A DNA stretch of 64,000 nucleotides from positions 1,216,001 through 1,280,000 of the forward strand of contig CBDCFW010000006.1 of assembly GCA_965216465.1 (NCBI GenBank), in the 5' to 3' direction. Shown here piece after piece: positions 58,495 through 64,000 of the stretch. The notes beneath the pieces are model-generated. The model was given only the letters and a program-made list of their open reading frames with translations. It was not told the origin of the DNA and did no database searches. Source of the stretch: Bacteroidia bacterium (GTDB lineage Bacteria > Bacteroidota > Bacteroidia > NS11-12g > UBA9320). The position numbers and the translations under genes are program-made. How positions within the stretch are numbered: the first letter of the stretch is position 1; the number at the start of each line of letters is the position of its first letter.

Positions 58495-61400
58495 ATGAAA
58501 AGACTTAAACTCATACTTGCCGGGATTTTACTTTACTCTGCATCATCTTTTGGTGCGTTTTATCCTACATCACAGGTTCAAAATTCAGTAAATTTTGGTA
58601 CCACATTGACCTTGCAGGAGCTCAATTATAGTTCGCTTCCAGGAATGTTGGGCTATACCAATGTTTCGGTTAAGAACTATGTTCAACTAAGTGTTGATTG
58701 GGATAATTATACTTACCATAATAAGTATTCTTATCTTATTGAAATAGAGTTGAAAACGAAAAACAGTGCTTTACAGCAAAGCACCCAGGTTATCACAATA
58801 CCTATAGAGTATGATCCCAATGCAAATCCCGGGACCTCGTATAGTGACAAATCAACTTATCGTTTTACCGATGCACATCAAATCGATGCTAAAGTGTTGA
58901 GTGCATATGATGTAATCAATAAAACTCCTGTTACGCTTGCTAGTTTGCCGTCGAATATTTTGATGACCTCGTACATTGGTATTGAACGTTTTGAAGACTT
59001 TAATACTTCAACTACAGTTTGCCCGAGTACCAGTCTTATTACGCATGCAGGTAGTCCGTCTCCAGACGAGTTAGAATTGGAATGGAGTGCAGTTGCAGGT
59101 GCAGAAGAATACGAAGTGCAGTGGACGTTTGTAGACAATTATGCAGACGACTTTGGTGCCATTCCAGCTTCGAGCATAGGCTACGATTTTGATCAAAATT
59201 GTTCTAAAGTACGCTTATCGGCAGAAACAAAATTTAATATTAGCCTAATCTATGAACGAGGCTACGTGATATACCGTGTTCGGGCAATTGGTCGATCACA
59301 AACTGATTTTAAACATCATATTCTTGGTGACTGGGAAGTTCCTGATAATGCAACTAGTTTAACAACACTTTCATGCGGTTACTATTACTTAACAGACGCT
59401 TTTGAATCCGGATTAAACTGGCAATATAGCATGGCATATGCGGAAGAAGGAAAGAGAAAGGAAGTTATAAGCTATTATGATGGAGCTAATAAAAACAGAC
59501 AAGCGGTAACTGCAACAAACTCAAAAGACACATTAGCGATAGTGGGCGAATCGGTTTACGACTACAATGGCAGAAAAGCGATTGACATTCTTCCGGTGCC
59601 TACTCAATCTCCAGCACTTCGCTATTATGAAGATTTTAATATGAACGCTGGCGCTAGCCAGCATTACGGTTGGGAAGACTTTGATAAAGACGGAAGCTCT
59701 GATTGTGAATCGGCTTTAGGAGCACTTTCAACTAGCAGTGGTGCAGCGCAATATTACAGTTCGAACAATCCAGATCAAACTGATGAGAATGCGTTTATCC
59801 CAGATGCAGGAGGATATCCTTTTGCACAAGTTGAATATACTCCAGACAATACTGGACGGGTGAGAAGACAAGGAGGGGTAGGAGAAACACATCAATTGGG
59901 TGCTGATCCTTGGGCAGATAAGTCTACAAAATACTTTTATGGAAAACCAACACAGATAGAACTTGATCGATTGTTTGGTAACGAAGTAGGCTATGCAGTT
60001 CACTACAAAAAAAATATGGTGGTAGATCCCAACGGGCAGGTGAGCATTTCTTACCTCAATTTAGCAGGCCAGGTAATTGCCACGTCGCTTTCTGGAGAGA
60101 AACCAGGCAATGTTAAGCAGTTGCCCAATTTTGAGAATTCGATTTCCCTTTCTTCAGAACTGCTGAATAAAAATCACTTAGGAAACTATATCTCCAACAA
60201 GATTAACCAAGATTTTGATGGAATCGAATTTAGAACCACGTTTGTAACAGGTGTAGCTGGTATACATACATTTACATACTCCACTACAGCTCAGCAGTTT
60301 TTTGACAATTGCTTGGGTTCGTTCTGTATGGATTGTGCTTACGACCTCGTATTTGAGGTGTGGGACGACTGCGGAAACTTGGTAACATCTAAAACACAGT
60401 ACATCGGGCCGAGCGAATTAAACATGAGCTGTGAAACAGTAAGCTATACGTCACCAGCTTGGGATGTTCAGCTTACAAAAGGTTCATACAACATTGTTAA
60501 ACGCCTAGAAATCAACAAGGAAGCATACGATTATTATTTGAATGAGTATCTCAGTGAATCAAACAATACATGTATTACAACCATGGCTGACTTGATTGTT
60601 GAAGAAAAGAATAAACTCGATTACACTGGCTGTGAAATTGATTGTGATGATTGTGTGGATGAGCTTGGTAGCTTAGATGAGTTTATAGCTAAAAACTATG
60701 GAACAGAAGAAGAGTGGCTAGAAGAGTACAATAATTGCGTAGCAGCCTGCCAAGGAGTGAGTCTGTGTGAAAACATTTTCCAAATGATGAAGATGGACGT
60801 TACTCCTGGAGCACAATATGCTAAATACCAGATTGATGGCGAAGTGGGAGTAGACCCATCAGCGTACCCTTTAAGCTTGCTGAACGAAAGCAACAACTTG
60901 CCTCATCCGAATGCAAACTGGAGAAATCCTGTAAAACTTGATGGGAGCGGCGATGAATATAGGGATGAAGATGGTGAAATTAGTAGGATCTATCTCTCAC
61001 GAGACGAGGAGGGGAATTACACTCCTGCCTGCAATCCAGCCTTTATTCTTTTTGATCCTGTTGAAGGCCCTTACACAAAACCTGAAAACTTAACTAATGT
61101 TGAAGACTTTATCTTCTATTGGCAACAGTCTTGGGCAGAATCATTAGTCTACTACCATCCAGAATATGGATATGTAGAATGGTGTCAAGATTTTAATTTA
61201 AAACGCGAGGGCCAAAATGTGATGAATAGTGATGAGTTTGACAATTTTATCTCTTCGCAAGACAATTATGCTGAAGCTAACAGCAATAATTTGACTACCG
61301 ATGATATTGATCACCTGCTGGATATGGACCCGTTCTTTAAAATCTTCACAACCGAAAAAGCTAATATGCAAGCTTTGTTAGCTGATTTTAATGGAACATC

Positions 61401-64000
61401 TTATGACGCTATGGATTTTGCAGCGTTGGTAAACAACTGTGGTAGCGAATATCACGCAACTCCACCACTGCCAGCAAGCTGTACTGCTTGGGGAGCTGAT
61501 GATGACATCTGGCAAACCTATGTTTCATATTACTTAAGTGCTAAGCAGTTTATACAAAAAGAAATTGCGGATGACTGGGTTATATCTACGGGCCGACTAG
61601 GATTTAATGAATGTATTGGCAATGAGAATTATTCGCCTTCTTCAAGTAATTTGCAAAAGCTTGGGACAGCTCCTGTTTCTGGAACTCCTGCATTTGGAGG
61701 GTTAGAAGGTTTGCTAGAACCATGTGGCAATTTAAATTACACCAAATATCTTAATAAAAAACCACGTTTTGATTTAAAAGCAGTAACCGTAAAAGTGGAC
61801 GAGGAACTCGCACGCTTTAATAGATCGTACCAGTTCAATGCCTGTCCGCTTGCCTTAGATTTTGAATTCTTCTTGAATGAGCTAACCAGTAGAGACAAGC
61901 TTAAAACGACACAAACTAATCTGGACTTAAAAGATTTCAAAAGCCTCACTCCTGCATTGTCGGATGTTATCTTTGGAACAAATCCCGCATCTTCCATTAC
62001 TTGGAATAGTTCAACAACCGGTAACGTTTTAACCGGAAGTTTTCAATACAACTCCAATACGGTTAATGTAAGCTTAACACTAAGCAATGGAACATGGAAC
62101 GATGTAACTCGAATTTTTGCAATTTCTGATGTTGTGTTTGACGATGTTTCCGTTCCGAACACATCCAATTTCAACCTTAAAGCATTGCAGTATAATACAA
62201 CCACAGAAGAGTTTTTACAATCTACAATTGTTGGCTCTTTTGATGTTGATTTGAATAAGGATTGCAAGTTTGAGGATGAGTGTGAACCTACCGATTACGC
62301 ATTTACAATTCGCGATATTTTGGCAGGATTAAGTTTGAACGCAAATGATTTAACCTCTACAACTGCGATTCCCCTTGAAACAACCTATTCTACTTTTATA
62401 AAACGATTTGTTCGAAATGAACTAACTGTGGCTACAAATCTTGAGTATACCTTTAATAGTACCTCTAACAAGGGAACCATCCATCAGCAAGGAGCAGTTG
62501 GTTCTGGAATTGATATTAACTTCCCAAGTGGGTTTAGTGTTTCAAGCATTGCAACAATATACGGAATTGAGGTGGATAAAGACAAGGTAGCAAACGGTTT
62601 AGTAATCTTATACATTGATAGTAATGGAGATAAACAAAGCGTTAAAGTAACCGTAAGCAAGGGTCAAACAGCGAAGTGTTTTGACCCTACAAAGATGTTT
62701 TGTGAAGATATTCGCTATGATGTAACTCGCGACTTTGCCTCTTTATTAGAATACTTAATCGAAAATCCTTCAGTAAACAATGTAAACCTGAACGACAACA
62801 ACTTGTATACGGCTTTACTTCAGAGTTATATAGGACACGGTGATGCCGTATTCAATGTTCCTGTAAGTGGCAATGATGGAAACGAATTGACTACAACAAT
62901 TGATGTATTCGAAACGGGAACAGCAAACAAGTTGACTACATGTGAGCTTAAACTTTATAGAAAAATGTATGGTGACGTGCAGACCGATATTCCATTGACT
63001 GATATTACCGATATTGGCGAGTTGCAAGTAGACATGGAAAATCTTCACATGGGAGACGCCCATCACTTTACTGTTTTAGCCGTATTTAATAACAAAACAG
63101 ATTATGCTGAAGAAATTCATGGTTATATATCCTGCCTTCCTTTATTTGATTGTGCTGATTGTGTAGAGAAGGAAGAGGATGATGCAGAAAAGAAATGTGG
63201 AAACTACGAATATGAGTTATATTATCATGAAATGATGCAACTTGGTATGGAAGGTTTGATTATACCTTATTCTGATGATTTTCCTTGCTCTTGTGTTGAA
63301 GAGTATTTATACTATGTAAAACTTGCCGTGCTCAGTGCAAATAGCAATTCCACAGCGATTACCAATGCAGTGCCTCAATTAAATCCAACATTGGGAATTG
63401 ATGAGTTTGTTTTACCACCGTACAACTGTACGGTTACCTTTCCTGACTGTGATGTCACTCAGGAAATTCTACCAAATATCGTAGCTGAAGTCAATAATTT
63501 CAATGCACAATATGCACAATACTTTCCTACTTTAAGCCCGCCTAGTCTGGTAACTGGTGATGATTGTCATTGTGCTGCTAAATATTTAATATATCTAGAA
63601 TTATGGACTTCCTTGTATGGAACCAATGTTCCGCCAATCCCACCATCAGCCATACCCATTCCTCCATTGAGCTATAACAATTTTCAAATTGGAGGTTGCC
63701 AAATTGATCAGTGTCTGGTAAACTATAAAATGTATCGTGACAAAACCACTTCTGTAGGCGGAGTGCCTATTGTATTTGATCCTGCAATTGGGTGTGATTG
63801 TTGGAAACATTATGCACTCGAAGCGAATTTGCTAACCCCTCACTTATCAACTGATATTACAAATTATTGCAGCAATCGATTGATAAACTTAACATCTTCT
63901 TATCCTCCAAAATATGACCACGTTAATTTCGATGAGGAATTGACCATGTTTGAGGTCAGCTATGCAGATGATGCACCTATTGAATCAAGATCAAGAAGCT
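58495..64000 (+). CDS. Giant secreted DUF6443/Rhs-like protein (>1835 aa), 3'-truncated; missing from the ORF track
   Basis: ATG 58495 (MKRLKLILAGILLYSASSFGA); no stop in the stretches I translated, and its absence from the track fits an ORF running off the edge; FN3-like LEWSAVAGAEEYEVQW, then SYYDGANKNRQ..YDYNGRKAIDILP..YPFAQVEY..GRVRRQGG..VVDPNGQV, then Cys-rich inserts. Confidence 0.8.
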   Translation, partial: MKRLKLILAGILLYSASSFGAFYPTSQVQNSVNFGTTLTLQELNYSSLPGMLGYTNVSVKNYVQLSVDWDNYTYHNKYSYLIEIELKTKNSALQQSTQVITIPIEYDPNANPGTSYSDKSTYRFTDAHQIDAKVLSAYDVINKTPVTLASLPSNILMTSYIGIERFEDFNTSTTVCPSTSLITHAGSPSPDELELEWSAVAGAEEYEVQWTFVDNYADDFGAIPASSIGYDFDQNCSKVRLSAETKFNISLIYERGYVIYRVRAIGRSQTDFKHHILGDWEVPDNATSLTTLSCGYYYLTDAFESGLNWQYSMAYAEEGKRKEVISYYDGANKNRQAVTATNSKDTLAIVGESVYDYNGRKAIDILPVPTQSPALRYYEDFNMNAGASQHYGWEDFDKDGSSDCESALGALSTSSGAAQYYSSNNPDQTDENAFIPDAGGYPFAQVEYTPDNTGRVRRQGGVGETHQLGADPWADKSTKYFYGKPTQIELDRLFGNEVGYAVHYKKNMVVDPNGQVSISYLNLAGQVIATSLSGEKPGNVKQLPNFENSISLSSELLNKNHLGNYISNKINQDFDGIEFRTTFVTGVAGIHTFTYSTTAQQFFDNCLGSFCMDCAYDLVFEVWDDCGNLVTSKTQYIGPSELNMSCETVSYTSPAWDVQLTKGSYNIVKRLEINKEAYDYYLNEYLSESNNTCITTMADLIVEEKNKLDYTGCEIDCDDCVDELGSLDEFIAKNYGTEEEWLEEYNNCVAACQGVSLCENIFQMMKMDVTPGAQYAKYQIDGEVGVDPSAYPLSLLNESNNLPHPNANWRNPVKLDGSGDEYRDEDGEISRIYLSRDEEGNYTPACNPAFILFDPVEGPYTKPENLTNVEDFIFYWQQSWAESLVYYHPEYGYVEWCQDFNLKREGQNVMNSDEFDNFISSQDNYAEANSNNLTTDDIDHLLDMDPFFKIFTTEKANMQALLADFNGTSYDAMDFAALVNNCGSEYHATPPLPASCTAWGADDDIWQTYVSYYLSAKQFIQKEIADDWVISTGRLGFNECIGNENYSPSSSNLQKLGTAPVSGTPAFGGLEGLLEPCGNLNYTKYLNKKPRFDLKAVTVKVDEELARFNRSYQFNACPLALDFEFFLNELTSRDKLKTTQTNLDLKDFKSLTPALSDVIFGTNPASSITWNSSTTGNVLTGSFQYNSNTVNVSLTLSNGTWNDVTRIFAISDVVFDDVSVPNTSNFNLKALQYNTTTEEFLQSTIVGSFDVDLNKDCKFEDECEPTDYAFTIRDILAGLSLNANDLTSTTAIPLETTYSTFIKRFVRNELTVATNLEYTFNSTSNKGTIHQQGAVGSGIDINFPSGFSVSSIATIYGIEVDKDKVANGLVILYIDSNGDKQSVKVTVSKGQTAKCFDPTKMFCEDIRYDVTRDFASLLEYLIENPSVNNVNLNDNNLYTALLQSYIGHGDAVFNVPVSGNDGNELTTTIDVFETGTANKLTTCELKLYRKMYGDVQTDIPLTDITDIGELQVDMENLHMGDAHHFTVLAVFNNKTDYAEEIHGYISCLPLFDCADCVEKEEDDAEKKCGNYEYELYYHEMMQLGMEGLIIPYSDDFPCSCVEEYLYYVKLAVLSANSNSTAITNAVPQLNPTLGIDEFVLPPYNCTVTFPDCDVTQEILPNIVAEVNNFNAQYAQYFPTLSPPSLVTGDDCHCAAKYLIYLELWTSLYGTNVPPIPPSAIPIPPLSYNNFQIGGCQIDQCLVNYKMYRDKTTSVGGVPIVFDPAIGCDCWKHYALEANLLTPHLSTDITNYCSNRLINLTSSYPPKYDHVNFDEELTMFEVSYADDAPIESRSRS

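Noticed and set aside
938-63066. Many short (60-150 aa) track ORFs antisense to, or out of frame within, long genes (e.g. 2481..2798, 21476..21784, 50748..51161, 51451..51903 and all minus-strand ORFs beyond 58.8 kb)
   Set aside because: They overlap well-supported CDSs and show no recognisable motifs; treated as shadow ORFs
44879-64000. Prophage, eCIS, T6SS or mobile island
   Set aside because: No sheath, tube, VgrG, PAAR, integrase, transposase or att-like repeat is visible, and all products carry Sec or lipoprotein signals

Overview
AT-rich chromosomal window from a Bacteroidota genome, inferred from repeated TAnnTTTG -7 promoter elements, a T9SS-type C-terminal domain, an EF-G2 paralog and many lipoproteins. 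I saw no rRNA, tRNA, CRISPR array, integrase or transposase. The first 44.6 kb is a patchwork of small accessory modules: a tandem persulfide-dioxygenase/rhodanese pair with a Crp/Fnr regulator; a Fur-box-preceded porin plus flavinylation-motif protein; a sigma54 activator with no HTH; LytTR, TetR and AraC modules with visible operator-like motifs; an EF-G2 whose P-loop lysine is replaced by Met; a RAPP-motif leader ORF ahead of a His-rich TonB receptor; and a PAS kinase / receiver-TrxB fusion / NrtS-like operon. A candidate sRNA lies at about 1.53-1.62 kb. From 44.9 kb to the window end is the most notable feature, an Rhs/YD-repeat (Tc-toxin B/C-like) locus of more than 19 kb. It encodes a 1809-aa YD protein, a separately encoded YD C-terminal module, and a >1835-aa DUF6443/Rhs-like giant absent from the ORF track. 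These genes sit with a predicted coiled-coil/beta-barrel protein, a lipidated OmpH/Skp, a LolA-like protein and lipoproteins, which suggests dedicated export or assembly machinery. Six single-base frameshifts and one nonsense codon cluster at 41.3-47.6 kb and are probably consensus errors. All family assignments come from motif recognition; no database searches were run.
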